Part shown: piece after piece, positions 19,155 through 29,754 of the stretch
How the letters are laid out: every line of letters starts with the position of its first letter
How positions within the stretch are numbered: the first letter of the stretch is position 1
DNA from: a virus
Length of the DNA stretch: 64,000 nucleotides
Virus record (IMG/VR): IMGVR_UViG_3300033388_006651
Coordinates: 32,001-96,000 of that record
Reading direction: 5' to 3' (one strand)
Notes under the pieces: model-generated
Seen by the model: the letters and a program-made list of their open reading frames with translations, nothing else
What the model was told of the DNA's origin: nothing
Database searches by the model: none
Program-made: the position numbers and the translations under genes

Positions 19155-22100
19155 ATGAGTTTCCTGGATGAGTTGGAAGTAGCCACACGGCCTGATGTTG
19201 AAAAGAAGCCTTGGATGAGCAAGGTAACGATGGAACTTGTTTCCGTCGAAACCCTTGAACGCGTCATCGACGAGTGTATCGAAGCCGGGCATTACGCCCT
19301 CGACGTTGAGACCACCGGTCTGGACAACCGCTATTTCAAGGAAATGGGCGGCACCAAGGACAAGATCGTCGGGATCTGTTTGAGCCCTGACGGACACCGG
19401 GGCTACTACATCCCGGTTCGTCACAAGAAGGGTCAAGAACACAACATTCCCCTGACGCTTTTCAACGAGCAGATGCTCCGACTCGTGGAATCGGAAGCCA
19501 TCGCCATTTTCCACAACGCCAAATTCGATCAGGAGTTCCTCCAGTTCAACGGCGGCGCGACGCTGGGCATCTGGGACGACCCGCTCAAGTTCGAGGACAC
19601 CCTCATCCTGGCGTGGCTCCGGAACACCCGCGAACGGAACAAGGGCCTCAAGCATCTGAGCAAGGTCGAGCTCGACAAGGAGATGATCGAGATTACCGAT
19701 CTCTTCGGAAAGGATGAAGTCAAGAAGCGCAAGGGCTACATCAACTTCGAGGAACTCGACCCCTCCTGGGAGCCTTGTATTTGGTACGCGTGTTCGGACG
19801 CGATCTGCACCTACCTGCTCTACCAAGTTCTGCACCCCCAGGTGGTGGCGCCGGACGGGAACCGGGGCCGTGGCCAGGAAGTCGTGTACCGCCTGGAGAA
19901 GATGTGCCTTCCGGCGACACGCTGGATGGAGCGGTGCCGGGTTTGGATCGATCCCGAGAAGGTCTCCGAGCTGATTCAGATCGGTCAGGTCGAATACTTC
20001 GAGTGCATCATCACCATCTACGATTTCTGCAACAAAGCCCTCGGCCGCAAAATCGAGCCCGGCTGGGTGCGTCTCCTGCGTGAGAAGTTCATCCCCGACG
20101 ACGCCGACTACAACATCAACAAGCAGATCGAGGACCTGCGTCTGGAAGCGAACCGTGGTCGGATGGATGACTACGACGCGAACGGTCATTTCATGAAGAC
20201 CCAGTCAGGGTTTGCCGAACGCTACGACATTCTCAGTCGCCAGCAGCTCGGGCCTCTGTTCGAGGAACTCAAGATCCCGGACCTCCGCAAGACGGAGAAG
20301 TCCGAGCAGATCATGACGACGCAGTCAGAGATCGACCGGCTCAACGAAAAGTACGGGCACCGGTACTCGTTCCTCCCGAAGATCAAGCGCCTGGGCGAAC
20401 TCCAGAAAGCCCTGGGCACGTACCTGATCTCCCTGCACAACGACGTGGGCCCTGACGGCACCCTGCGCATCAACTACCGTCAGACCGGCACAGACACGGG
20501 ACGTTTCACGACACCGTCTTCACGTCGTCCGCAGCTCGACGGTGGGACGAAGTTCCCGATGCACGGCACACCGGCTTCGTACGACAAGACTCGACCAGAG
20601 TGTCTTCTCCGGATTCGTGAGGCCATCAAGGCGCGACCCGGCAAGCTCATGGCTGCTCTCGACTTTGGCGGCGTGGAACTCAGGATCGCCACCATCCTGT
20701 CTGGCGAGCCCAAGTGGCTCGAGGAGTATTTCCGTTGCAGCACCTGTGGTCAGGAGTTCGAGCGCGGTGACGGCAAGAGCACCCCGGAAGCGCCCCCGGC
20801 TTACTGCCCCAAGTGCGGCGACGACCGCATCGGCGATCTCCACACGCTCACCGGCGTCACCTTCTACGGCAACGAGCGCATGTCCACCAAAGAGGGGAAG
20901 GGGCTGCGACAGGGTGCCAAATCTGCAAATTTCGCTATGGCTTACGGAGGGGGTCCGAGCGCCATCATGCGTGCCATCGAAGGTTGCACCGAGCAGGAGG
21001 CTGCTCGGCATCACCGGACCTTCAACAACACCTACGGCACGCTGAAAGCCTGGTGGGATCAGATCAAGGGCTTCGGTCGCAAGCACGGCTACGTGGCCAC
21101 GGCCTTCGGGCGTCACTACCCGCTGCCCGACATCCGGTTGCCCATCAGCCAGCGCGATGTTGCCAAGGACCTTCGCGAGAAGTACCAAGCCAAGATCGAA
21201 GCCGGCAAGGAGGCCACGGCGCCGACCGACGCGGACGTGAAGAAGTTCATGGACTTCAACCGAAAGTTCCGGGCGAAGGCCGAGCGTAACGCGACCAACG
21301 GACCCATCCAGGGGTTGAGCGCGGACATCACCAAGCTGGCGATGGCGCTGATCTACCGCGAGTGCAAGAAGCGCGGCTGGTTCGACAAGGTGGCGATGAC
21401 CATCACGATTCACGATGAGCTTGTGTTCGAGATCGATCTCGATCTTGCACCCGAGGCTCTTGAGGTGTTCCAGGAGATCATGACCCGGAACAAGACGCTC
21501 CTGAATCTCAAGTGGAGTGTCCCGCTGACGACGGACTGCGAGATCGGGCACGATTGGACCGTCCCCTGGGACATCAAGGATTTCAAGTTCCAGCGTGTGC
21601 GTGCCGACGGTTTCCAGACCAATGAGCACGGGGGGCTGTACCGTCACGAAAAAGACGATAAGAACGGCAAGTTCAAAGCAGGTGAGTTGGGGGCCAAGCG
21701 GTGGCCTCCTGAATACGTGAAAACATTCGGTGCCGTGTACGGCTTCGCGCCGGTTACGGAAAACTTGACCGCCGAAGAAGGTAAAAAGTTCTTCGGTGAC
21801 GACTGGACGCCGTTGCCGCTGTCGGACAAGGCGACGGCCCCGGTGCGCCCTTTGAGCATCACGACGGCCAGTAGTCCGCAGCCGTCCTCCAGTGTTGCTC
21901 AGACGCCTCAGATGCCCCAGGAGCCTTCGCAGCCCACTCCCGCGCCCGTTGCGGCACCCACGTTGGACACCGCTCCTGCTGCCCCTCAGCGCCCCTCACC
22001 GGTGCAGCTTGAGAAGGGCGAACCGTTCCAATACGAGCTCCGTGAGATTGGTGTAGGAGTCGCGGAAAAATTGGCCCGTGTGATCGTACAGTGTCAGGGG

Positions 22101-22220
22101 CGCGGCGCTCATCCATTACGCGTCATCGACCCTACGGGAAAATCTGTCCTGTGGGATGGAGCGACCATCATGGTCAACCCTGTCGAGTTCAATATCGCCG
22201 CCAACTACCACGGGATCTAA
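19155..22220 (+). CDS. polA: Family-A DNA polymerase with 3'-5' exonuclease
   Basis: DVETTG, HNAKFD, YACSD; TGRFT, LDFGGVELR, RQGAKSANFAMAYG, IHDEL. Confidence 0.95.
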   Translation: MSFLDELEVATRPDVEKKPWMSKVTMELVSVETLERVIDECIEAGHYALDVETTGLDNRYFKEMGGTKDKIVGICLSPDGHRGYYIPVRHKKGQEHNIPLTLFNEQMLRLVESEAIAIFHNAKFDQEFLQFNGGATLGIWDDPLKFEDTLILAWLRNTRERNKGLKHLSKVELDKEMIEITDLFGKDEVKKRKGYINFEELDPSWEPCIWYACSDAICTYLLYQVLHPQVVAPDGNRGRGQEVVYRLEKMCLPATRWMERCRVWIDPEKVSELIQIGQVEYFECIITIYDFCNKALGRKIEPGWVRLLREKFIPDDADYNINKQIEDLRLEANRGRMDDYDANGHFMKTQSGFAERYDILSRQQLGPLFEELKIPDLRKTEKSEQIMTTQSEIDRLNEKYGHRYSFLPKIKRLGELQKALGTYLISLHNDVGPDGTLRINYRQTGTDTGRFTTPSSRRPQLDGGTKFPMHGTPASYDKTRPECLLRIREAIKARPGKLMAALDFGGVELRIATILSGEPKWLEEYFRCSTCGQEFERGDGKSTPEAPPAYCPKCGDDRIGDLHTLTGVTFYGNERMSTKEGKGLRQGAKSANFAMAYGGGPSAIMRAIEGCTEQEAARHHRTFNNTYGTLKAWWDQIKGFGRKHGYVATAFGRHYPLPDIRLPISQRDVAKDLREKYQAKIEAGKEATAPTDADVKKFMDFNRKFRAKAERNATNGPIQGLSADITKLAMALIYRECKKRGWFDKVAMTITIHDELVFEIDLDLAPEALEVFQEIMTRNKTLLNLKWSVPLTTDCEIGHDWTVPWDIKDFKFQRVRADGFQTNEHGGLYRHEKDDKNGKFKAGELGAKRWPPEYVKTFGAVYGFAPVTENLTAEEGKKFFGDDWTPLPLSDKATAPVRPLSITTASSPQPSSSVAQTPQMPQEPSQPTPAPVAAPTLDTAPAAPQRPSPVQLEKGEPFQYELREIGVGVAEKLARVIVQCQGRGAHPLRVIDPTGKSVLWDGATIMVNPVEFNIAANYHGI

Positions 22221-22224
22221 CCCA

Positions 22225-22890
22225 ATGCTGAAACCCCTGACGACCATTTTCCGAGATCACGAGATCACTCTCGAGTGCACTCACAAGAAGATCTTCCCTC
22301 CCCCTCAGATGTACGGGTCCACGCCCGAAGACATCGACACCCTGTGGAAGCAGGGCGTCATCGATCAGAACCAGTACCAGCAGCTCCGGGTCTGGAAAGA
22401 GAAGTGCGGCATCATGGTGATGGGACCGCGCTGTCTCGACTGCCCGTTGGCGAAAAAGCAGAATCCTCGTCCCGGGCGCCCCAACGTCATCGAGACCGAG
22501 TCGTGGATTGCGGCGAAGGAGAAGATGCACTGGGCCGACATGAAGGCCGGCAAGCTGGCCCCTCCCGGAGATACGATCGTGGTCGAAGGAAAGGCAACTC
22601 TCACCGTAAAGATTGCTTCGGAGCCGGAGACTGTGGTCAGCGAGAAGGGGTTTGTGAAAAAGGGAACGCCGGTGCCCGTCGCCGTCGTGGAGCCCCAGGA
22701 AACAGAGCCCGCGGCCGAAGAAACGCTCCCCGAAGAAACGATGGAGGAGGCTCCGGCCGAGCCCGAGAAGGAGACGCTGCTCGACGCCCTCAAGAACCCT
22801 GACAAGTTTCTCGTTCAGGAAACCGATCCGGAACCTGAGTCCGATGACGGCTTGGGCGACGACATTCTGGACGCGCTCGCGGACGACTGA
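22225..22890 (+). CDS. Hypothetical protein with acidic tail
   Basis: ORF in operon. Confidence 0.6.
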   Translation: MLKPLTTIFRDHEITLECTHKKIFPPPQMYGSTPEDIDTLWKQGVIDQNQYQQLRVWKEKCGIMVMGPRCLDCPLAKKQNPRPGRPNVIETESWIAAKEKMHWADMKAGKLAPPGDTIVVEGKATLTVKIASEPETVVSEKGFVKKGTPVPVAVVEPQETEPAAEETLPEETMEEAPAEPEKETLLDALKNPDKFLVQETDPEPESDDGLGDDILDALADD

Positions 22891-23918
22891 TGGCGAAGAA
22901 GCCGCCCAAGCTGAGTCTCGGAGATCGGGTTCTTGGAATGACGCCCCGCAAGAAGCGGGATCTCCTTGCTGGGTGCAATGAAGCTGGCAAGCAGTGGTTT
23001 CATCCGGACGATCACGTCTTCATGAAGACGTTCTGTCGTCTCTGCAAGAACGCAGACTGCATCCGTGCCAAGGGAGCCATCAGCCCTTGGCACACCCGCA
23101 TGGCGGAACAGGTGGACTACCTGCTCAACGATCCGGCGTTTTCCGACATCACGAGCGAAGCCCATCGGGATCTGGCCAACCAGGCGTTCAACGACATCGG
23201 CCACAAGATGCAGCGCCTGGAGATCGCCAAGCAACGCCAGGACTGGGAAATCCCGGAAGGCCCCACCGATGGTTTCGACAAGGTGGCTGCACCGGACACG
23301 ACGGACCAGTTCGATGAGGCCGCCAAGGAGCTCGCCCGAGCTCGGGGCAAGAAAGAGCCTGATCTTCCGCGTCCTCAAGGGGAGGATGCTCCGGCGCATT
23401 TCCAGGTCGATGAGGACGACGACGATCCGTACGAGTACGACACGGACTACCCGAGTTCGGATGGGAGTCGCACGTACCACGTCACGCTCGACAAGGGCGG
23501 TCACTGGGCCTGTGAATGCAACGGCTACAAGCACCGCAAGAAGTGCAAGCACATCGATACCGTCGCCCAGTGGTACCGGGAGCAACTTGAGCGTGATGAT
23601 GACGACGATGATGATGACGACGACGGCTCTTCAGGAGGGCCCACAGGAGGTGCACCGGCGCAACTTGAAGCACCCCGACCTGCTGCCCCGGAGCCACGAC
23701 CTGAACCGCCGCCTCGAGACCCCAGGCTTCCTGCAGAGCCGCGTCCTTTCAACACACCGATGCCGCAAGGTGGCGTGATGGTCGGGCGTGAGGACATGCC
23801 ACCTGACCAGGGGCAGCAGCGTACGAGTGCTCCGCAGAAAGATCCTTGGGCAATTCCCACGCAGAAGGTTGTGGAACCCGGCGCGAGAGTTACCTTGAAG
23901 AGCAAGAAGAAGCCATGA
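22890..23918 (+). CDS. SWIM zinc-finger protein
   Basis: YHVTL..WACECNGYKHRKKCKH. Confidence 0.7.
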   Translation: MAKKPPKLSLGDRVLGMTPRKKRDLLAGCNEAGKQWFHPDDHVFMKTFCRLCKNADCIRAKGAISPWHTRMAEQVDYLLNDPAFSDITSEAHRDLANQAFNDIGHKMQRLEIAKQRQDWEIPEGPTDGFDKVAAPDTTDQFDEAAKELARARGKKEPDLPRPQGEDAPAHFQVDEDDDDPYEYDTDYPSSDGSRTYHVTLDKGGHWACECNGYKHRKKCKHIDTVAQWYREQLERDDDDDDDDDDGSSGGPTGGAPAQLEAPRPAAPEPRPEPPPRDPRLPAEPRPFNTPMPQGGVMVGREDMPPDQGQQRTSAPQKDPWAIPTQKVVEPGARVTLKSKKKP

Positions 23919-24994
23919 GTGACGAAAAAGCGTTCCTTGATGCGGTGCTGCGATTCGGCCATGAGTTCCTGGACAAGAATCCCGGGCTCATTGATTTGAT
24001 TGAAACGGCTCGAGCCGGTGCGCTGGACCCCAAGGAGGTCATCAAGGAGGTGTGGCGTGCGGCGGCCGAGAACCAGGAGTTCCAAGACAGCGTGCAGAAA
24101 GCTCTGTCGGAAGCCTTCGGAGTCCAGGATTCGACAGCACTGGCCAAGCTACCCGAGCGCGAGAAGATGCTCGAACGGTGGGGATTCTCGGATGAGGATT
24201 TGGTCTTCCAGCCCTTCGAGAATCGACCTGACTACAAGATGCTCCATCCGCTGTTGATGGGGATGATCGTCGAACTCATCCAGTTCGATGGCGACATTCC
24301 TGAGCTGCGTACCGGCCCTCTTCCAGAAGGCGGCTCCCCGGCAGTTCCCGTCAAAACAATGGCCCGCAACCCGGTGGTGATCGGCGCCATGCTGCGGCGA
24401 GCCAGTGAAGAAGTTACTCTCGAACTCGGCGCAGCCAAAATCGAACAAGACCAGAAGGTTGCGGCCCTCATCCAAGCACTTCCCGAAGGCGACCCTGCGG
24501 TTTCTGGGCTTGTGCGTCAGGAGACTGAGCGAGGGCTTGCGGTGCCGGGGTACCGCCCCGGGCAGAAGGCGCAGATGCGAGAAGTGGAAGCCCCCACCGG
24601 ATCCCAGCTTGCGCGTATGCCTTTCAAGGAGAAGCAAGAGCTGGCCCACAAGGCGCTGACCAGTACGCAGGGTCGGCGCTCGGCCGTGCCGGTGATTACA
24701 GAGATGATGGCTGCGGCTTTGGGCCCGATGGTCCAAAAGCTGGAGATCGTGGCTCGTAACGCTAACGATCCGTTCGCCGAGGCGGAATGGGCGGTGCAGA
24801 TCGACGGAGGCGTCTCCGAACGCAATCCGAATTTCAACTTCATCGACACTGCGGCCCAGTCGCTGACCAACAAACTGCGTCGGGAACTCGGGGCCCAAGA
24901 TGCTTGGGGTGATGAGTACGAATTGGTGGTCGCTCCCATCAATACGGTTGACGACCGTCGCGTTGGCTGGCGGGCTGCTTTGTACGCTTCGTGA
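23915..24994 (+). CDS. Hypothetical protein
   Basis: ATGA overlap; long ORF. Confidence 0.65.
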   Translation: MSDEKAFLDAVLRFGHEFLDKNPGLIDLIETARAGALDPKEVIKEVWRAAAENQEFQDSVQKALSEAFGVQDSTALAKLPEREKMLERWGFSDEDLVFQPFENRPDYKMLHPLLMGMIVELIQFDGDIPELRTGPLPEGGSPAVPVKTMARNPVVIGAMLRRASEEVTLELGAAKIEQDQKVAALIQALPEGDPAVSGLVRQETERGLAVPGYRPGQKAQMREVEAPTGSQLARMPFKEKQELAHKALTSTQGRRSAVPVITEMMAAALGPMVQKLEIVARNANDPFAEAEWAVQIDGGVSERNPNFNFIDTAAQSLTNKLRRELGAQDAWGDEYELVVAPINTVDDRRVGWRAALYAS

Positions 24995-25030
24995 AAAGGG
25001 CGCTCAGGCTTTTGCGTAAAAAGGAGGAAG

Positions 25031-25405
25031 ATGGTGGTCACCGTGTCCAGTCATATCTCCGCAGTTCGCGCAGCCGTGGAGCACGCACGTCAAAGTGGGA
25101 GCTGGATCGTCATTGTGGCGCCGTCCGGAGGGCCCGAGACGACGCTCCAGGAGACCCTCACAGCCGTCCGGCCGCCTGACGCCGCCATGGGGGGCCGAAC
25201 CCTCCTGATACCTGGTGGCGGGCGTGTGACGGTCACAGGAGGGTCTTGTGATGTGGCCGGGGAGGGTTACTTCATGATGACCCTGGGCTACGACACCAAA
25301 TTGACCCCCAGGGAAGAGATCGCTCTCCATGGTTGGCGTCAGAATGCCGCCGGGATGGTTACGATGGGTGCACAGCCAGGTGAGCTGAGGATCATACGAA
25401 AATGA
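25031..25405 (+). CDS. Hypothetical protein
   Basis: AGGAGG SD. Confidence 0.6.
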   Translation: MVVTVSSHISAVRAAVEHARQSGSWIVIVAPSGGPETTLQETLTAVRPPDAAMGGRTLLIPGGGRVTVTGGSCDVAGEGYFMMTLGYDTKLTPREEIALHGWRQNAAGMVTMGAQPGELRIIRK

Positions 25406-25845
25406 GACAGCTTTGGATTTTTCGCGTATCGGGAGGGGAGCCTTTTCAACTTCAAGTGACGGGCAACCCGTCCATGAATTACGACGGGCGCCCCAATGCG
25501 CTCCTTCGGACATTGTGCACGCGCGAGCAAGCGATGACGCTGGAGGCTGAGATCCGGGCGAAGGGTTGCACGGTCGAAGCGAGTTGCCCCGATGAGAGCC
25601 CCGCGCAAACAGAGAAGCGCAAGAACATCATGCACGTCCTCGGGGGCGAGATCACGTTCCCCTCTGTCAAGTGCGCCGAGTGTGCGTGGTTCGATCCAGC
25701 GATTCCGAGTTTGTGCGGTGCTGGTTTCTCGAGCATCGCTGACCGCAAGGGTTGGGACGACGACGCCATGAAGGGCGTGATGGAGAGCGAGAAATACGCG
25801 GACGACTTCGCCAGTTGCCCTATCCGGGACGACCAGATGCAATGA
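25402..25845 (+). CDS. Hypothetical Cys-containing protein
   Basis: ATGA overlap. Confidence 0.6.
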   Translation: MRQLWIFRVSGGEPFQLQVTGNPSMNYDGRPNALLRTLCTREQAMTLEAEIRAKGCTVEASCPDESPAQTEKRKNIMHVLGGEITFPSVKCAECAWFDPAIPSLCGAGFSSIADRKGWDDDAMKGVMESEKYADDFASCPIRDDQMQ

Positions 25846-26099
25846 AAGCGAAAACGGAAGAAGACAGGATTTTGGACGCCCGTGAGAGCGCGTTCATGTG
25901 GGGCGCCACGGCGCTGGCGACCGTGCTGGTTGTGCTCGGGGTCATCGGTGCCCAGTACGACAAACCGTGGTGCACGATGGACCTTGCGGAGGTTCCTCGT
26001 GGGATGGAGCTTTTTGCCCTGGCAGTGTGTGCTCTCGGGTACAAAGGGTCCCGGTGGTTTGGCGTGAACCGGTTTGACCCGAAGCGGAAAAAGAAATGA
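25842..26099 (+). CDS. Small two-TM membrane protein
   Basis: Two hydrophobic segments; ATGA overlaps. Confidence 0.55.
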   Translation: MKAKTEEDRILDARESAFMWGATALATVLVVLGVIGAQYDKPWCTMDLAEVPRGMELFALAVCALGYKGSRWFGVNRFDPKRKKK

Positions 26100-26728
26100 G
26101 CGACGACGAAAAAGAGAAACGGAGCCCCCAACTCGAAGTTCGCGATGGCGGCATGCCCCCACGCGCCGAAGTCCAGAAGCTCCTCAAGGGGACTTTCCTT
26201 GATGTCTATGGCGAGAACTATATGGGCAGCGGGCTCGGGTTCTCTGATTGGATGCGCACGATGGACATCCTTCGTTACGAGCGCTGGTACGGGAACCAGG
26301 CCCGTGACGAGAAGAGGCGCCGGATGAAGTACCTGGTCGCCCTGTGCGCTGAGCAGGAGCGCTTGGTCGAAGCTGATATCACCGCCACGGGGTTGTCCGA
26401 GTCGGTGATCGAGTGCCTCGTCGAGGGTGACTGGAACAGCGTGAAAAGCTGGACCACTGCGCTCAAGTTCGAGGACGAGAACCAGTCCTGGCGCGAAGAG
26501 ATGCAGAAGCGGTTCGCCAAGTTCGTGGAGATCGCCGAGGAAGCCTACGAGACGCGCCCGAGGGCCTTCTGCCCTGTGTGCCGGCGCCCCACTCCGAAAG
26601 AGAACATCGGCTCGTTCAAGGACGGCCGTCACGAATGTCCGTGGTGCGCCATCATCCACGATGACGACGGCGAAGCCATCGAGAAGAGCAAAGCCCATCT
26701 GAGCCCCGTGGAGGATACCAATGAGTGA
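26096..26728 (+). CDS. Hypothetical protein with C-terminal Zn ribbon
   Basis: CPVC...CPWC. Confidence 0.6.
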   Translation: MSDDEKEKRSPQLEVRDGGMPPRAEVQKLLKGTFLDVYGENYMGSGLGFSDWMRTMDILRYERWYGNQARDEKRRRMKYLVALCAEQERLVEADITATGLSESVIECLVEGDWNSVKSWTTALKFEDENQSWREEMQKRFAKFVEIAEEAYETRPRAFCPVCRRPTPKENIGSFKDGRHECPWCAIIHDDDGEAIEKSKAHLSPVEDTNE

Positions 26729-27113
26729 CATGTTACCCCTGGGCACCGTGCTCGATCATCCGTGCCCTGAGTGCGGGAGCACGATGGTGCTCCGCAAAAG
26801 CAAGTACGGGGTCTTCTACGGCTGCTCGGAGTTCCCAAAGTGCAAAGCTGCACACGGGGCCCACAAGAGTTCCGGCAAGCCCCTGGGCACGCCGGCCAAC
26901 AAGAAGACCAAGCAGGCCCGGATGCGTGCTCACGCGTCCTTCGACACGCTGTGGAAGGACAAGCACATGGACCGAAGCGCCGCGTACGTGTGGATGCAGG
27001 AGGCCATGGAGATGACCGAGGACGAAGCCCACATCGGCAAGTTCAGCGAAGAGCACTGCGACCAGCTCGAGATGCTGGTCAATGATTATCTCGAAGAGCA
27101 GGACGATAAATAG
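26721..27113 (+). CDS. Topoisomerase-type C4 Zn-finger protein (DUF3268-like)
   Basis: CPECGSTMVLRKSKYGVFYGCSEFPKC; GTPA..R..AH..FD.LW; HIG. Confidence 0.7.
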   Translation: MSDMLPLGTVLDHPCPECGSTMVLRKSKYGVFYGCSEFPKCKAAHGAHKSSGKPLGTPANKKTKQARMRAHASFDTLWKDKHMDRSAAYVWMQEAMEMTEDEAHIGKFSEEHCDQLEMLVNDYLEEQDDK

Positions 27114-27115
27114 CC

Positions 27116-27367
27116 ATGGCTGATGCACCCAAAAAAAAACTCGCCGACCTTTGGAACGACTACGCGACCAAAGTGCTCCCTGCAAATGCTATCCCGGTCC
27201 AGGTGATCCAGTTGAGGAGGGCGTTCTACGCTGGGGCCTATGCCACCCTCACCGAACTGGTGAGTCAGGTTGGGGATGAAGAAGATGCGAACTTCGACAT
27301 GCTGGGCGGGTTCTTTCAAGAAGCCGAAGAGTTCTTCGTTTCCCAGATCAAAGGCGCTTCGGCTTAG
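27116..27367 (+). CDS. Hypothetical phage protein
   Basis: RRAFYAGA motif. Confidence 0.6.
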   Translation: MADAPKKKLADLWNDYATKVLPANAIPVQVIQLRRAFYAGAYATLTELVSQVGDEEDANFDMLGGFFQEAEEFFVSQIKGASA

Positions 27368-27372
27368 TTTTC

Positions 27373-28212
27373 ATGGCCCAGAAGATGTGGCTGGTCCCGG
27401 CCCTCGACGGGCTCATAGATTTGAACGACGACTCGGTTGACCTCATTGTCACCGATCCGCCGTACGACACGCTCGAGAAATGGCGCAACATGGGGACGAC
27501 GACCCGGCTCAAGAAGTCGAAGCAGTCGAGCAACGAGTGGTTCCCGACGTTGACTTTTGCCGAGCTCGAGAAGGTCTTCGTCGAGTGTTTCCGGGTCCTC
27601 AAGAAGGGCACGCACATGTACATCCTGTGCGACGAGGAGACGGGTGACGCGCTCAAGCCCATCCTCAAGGCGATTGGGTTTGACATGCGCAAGAGCCTGA
27701 TCTGGCACAAGGTCGGCAAACGTATCGGGGTCGATGTGGACTGCCCTCGCTGTGGCGAGTACGAGATGGACGACCACACACCCGGGACACCCGGCATGGG
27801 TTACCCGTACCGCAGCCAGTGGGAGATGGTGCTGCTCGCCCAGAAGGGCAAGCGCAAGCCTCCCGAGAACCGATCAGTCCGCAACGTGTTGACCGTGCCG
27901 TGGATCAAGCGTAAAGGCGCTTACCCCACCCAGAAGCCTCATGAACTTGCTCAAACTTTCATAACTCAGAGTAGCTCACCAGGAGATTTGGTGTTGGATC
28001 CCTTCGCGGGATCCTGTTCGACTGGTTACGCGGCTTTTTTGGAAGGCCGGGATTTTTTGGGATTCGACATCAGTGAAAAAGCCGTTAAGTTTGCCCGGGA
28101 GTGGCAATCCTCGTGGCTCAAGATTGAGGCTGAAAACATCCCAGAATCCCCTGGGACCCCGTCTATCCTGGATCTGTTTGGAGCGCCCGAAGAATCCGCT
28201 GACGACACATAG
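27373..28212 (+). CDS. Beta-class DNA methyltransferase
   Basis: VTDPPY, YPTQKP, VLDPFAGS. Confidence 0.9.
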   Translation: MAQKMWLVPALDGLIDLNDDSVDLIVTDPPYDTLEKWRNMGTTTRLKKSKQSSNEWFPTLTFAELEKVFVECFRVLKKGTHMYILCDEETGDALKPILKAIGFDMRKSLIWHKVGKRIGVDVDCPRCGEYEMDDHTPGTPGMGYPYRSQWEMVLLAQKGKRKPPENRSVRNVLTVPWIKRKGAYPTQKPHELAQTFITQSSSPGDLVLDPFAGSCSTGYAAFLEGRDFLGFDISEKAVKFAREWQSSWLKIEAENIPESPGTPSILDLFGAPEESADDT

Positions 28213-29059
28213 TCGAGTCTTTTTTCATTTCGGATTCCCACACGCGTACCGTAGTGAACCCGCACGCGGTCATGTAGGCGTCCTGTGCTTTGTCCCAGTT
28301 GCGTTGGCGTTGTTGCCGAGCGCTGGGATTCGGGTAGCGAACCGGATTTGCGTGCCAGTAGTCGCCGTCGAATTCAATGACCAGGGTTTGTCCGGGAACC
28401 CAAGCATCTACGGTGAACCGCCCATTCACGGTATGCTGAGGCTTGTATGAGATCCCGAGATCCTTGAGCATCGTGTAGCAGCGACGTTCAAAATTGTTCG
28501 GCTGACGTTTTTGTTGCTCTGCGTTCATCCGGCGCAGCATAGCGATCCGCTCCGGGTCCCGATCACGGCATTGGAGGGAGCAGTATTTCCGGTTGGAGTG
28601 CGTGGCAGCGGAAGGGGAACACCAAAAGGTCTGTTTACAGATTTTGCAGGTGTACGAAATTTTGTTGCGGCTCTGCCATCGGTCGTGACATGTGGTGGAA
28701 CAAAAGCGGGCAGTTTTTCGAGATTGCGGGACGACAAACTTCGAATTGCATTGTCCGCAGTTTTTTGTGATCTGGTCTTTTCGGTTTTTGAGTGCACATG
28801 AGAGTGTGCAAAACCGACTGCTGTTTCCGCGCCCTGCGGGGATTTCATAGGAGGTTCGGCAACCTTCACATGTCCTTTGTTCTGGTGGTCGTTTTGGACG
28901 GGGTTGACGAGGGCGACGTTGGGTTGGGATCCCCAGTTGGCGCCGCCATCGCATAACCGTGGTCCCAGAGACTCCGAAATGTGTTCCTAAGTCCGTATCC
29001 GAATTGCATTCGTACCTTTCACGCAAGAGCGCTTCGGAGGGCCGCGAGGCTTTGTGCAC
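28163..29059 (-). CDS. Free-standing endonuclease (HTH, Zn ribbons, DUF559/Vsr-like)
   Basis: VDAW..VIEFDGDYWH..D..QD..RVWE. Confidence 0.8.
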   Translation of the reverse strand: MHKASRPSEALLRERYECNSDTDLGTHFGVSGTTVMRWRRQLGIPTQRRPRQPRPKRPPEQRTCEGCRTSYEIPAGRGNSSRFCTLSCALKNRKDQITKNCGQCNSKFVVPQSRKTARFCSTTCHDRWQSRNKISYTCKICKQTFWCSPSAATHSNRKYCSLQCRDRDPERIAMLRRMNAEQQKRQPNNFERRCYTMLKDLGISYKPQHTVNGRFTVDAWVPGQTLVIEFDGDYWHANPVRYPNPSARQQRQRNWDKAQDAYMTACGFTTVRVWESEMKKDSTMCRQRILRALQTDPG

Positions 29060-29115
29060 GAAGTTATCTTACCTGGATATGCTCTGATCGGTAGCTCGCC
29101 TATCGTTCCTTCCAA

Positions 29116-29730
29116 GTGAGGATGCAAAGCGTCACTGCCACTCCTGACTTTGTCCCCCATGAAGCGTGGGACCAGTTCGCATGGCTCGTGCCCCACGAGA
29201 CGGGCAAGGAGCCGTGGTTCTACAGGGCGTTCCGGAACAAGCGCCCCAACACGCGGCGTCTTCCTTCGGACCCGAACTTCATGAAGACGGTGGACCCGGA
29301 ACTGCAGCCGCTCGTCGGTTGGCTGCATTCGCGTGGAGTAACCACGGGACCTTCGTGTTCGGGACACGACATCAACAAGCGCGGGTTCCACGAGATCTAC
29401 GCCGGGCTCGAACGCGACGCCACCAAAATCAAGACGGCTGGTCTGACGCTGCAAGATCCGGAGAACGGTCGCGACTACGTGATGCAGGACAACAACTACC
29501 AGCTCCCCTGGGGCTCGTTCGATTCGTTCCGCAAGGTGGCCAACCAGCATCAGCCGGTTGGGTGGCTCCCGTTCTACACGACCGATCTGCGGGCAGGGCT
29601 TGCGTTGGGCACTGGGCCTGGGTTCGAGATCAAAGAGACGGCTCCCGACATGTACGGGATTCGGACGACGGGCGAGAATCCTGACGCATGGCGTCTGGCA
29701 TCGGACGTATTGCATCGCGCCCTTTCGTGA
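29116..29730 (+). CDS. Hypothetical protein
   Basis: ORF with an SCSGH motif. Confidence 0.6.
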   Translation: MRMQSVTATPDFVPHEAWDQFAWLVPHETGKEPWFYRAFRNKRPNTRRLPSDPNFMKTVDPELQPLVGWLHSRGVTTGPSCSGHDINKRGFHEIYAGLERDATKIKTAGLTLQDPENGRDYVMQDNNYQLPWGSFDSFRKVANQHQPVGWLPFYTTDLRAGLALGTGPGFEIKETAPDMYGIRTTGENPDAWRLASDVLHRALS

Positions 29731-29754
29731 AAAGTCGTTTCGGTAATATGTTGG

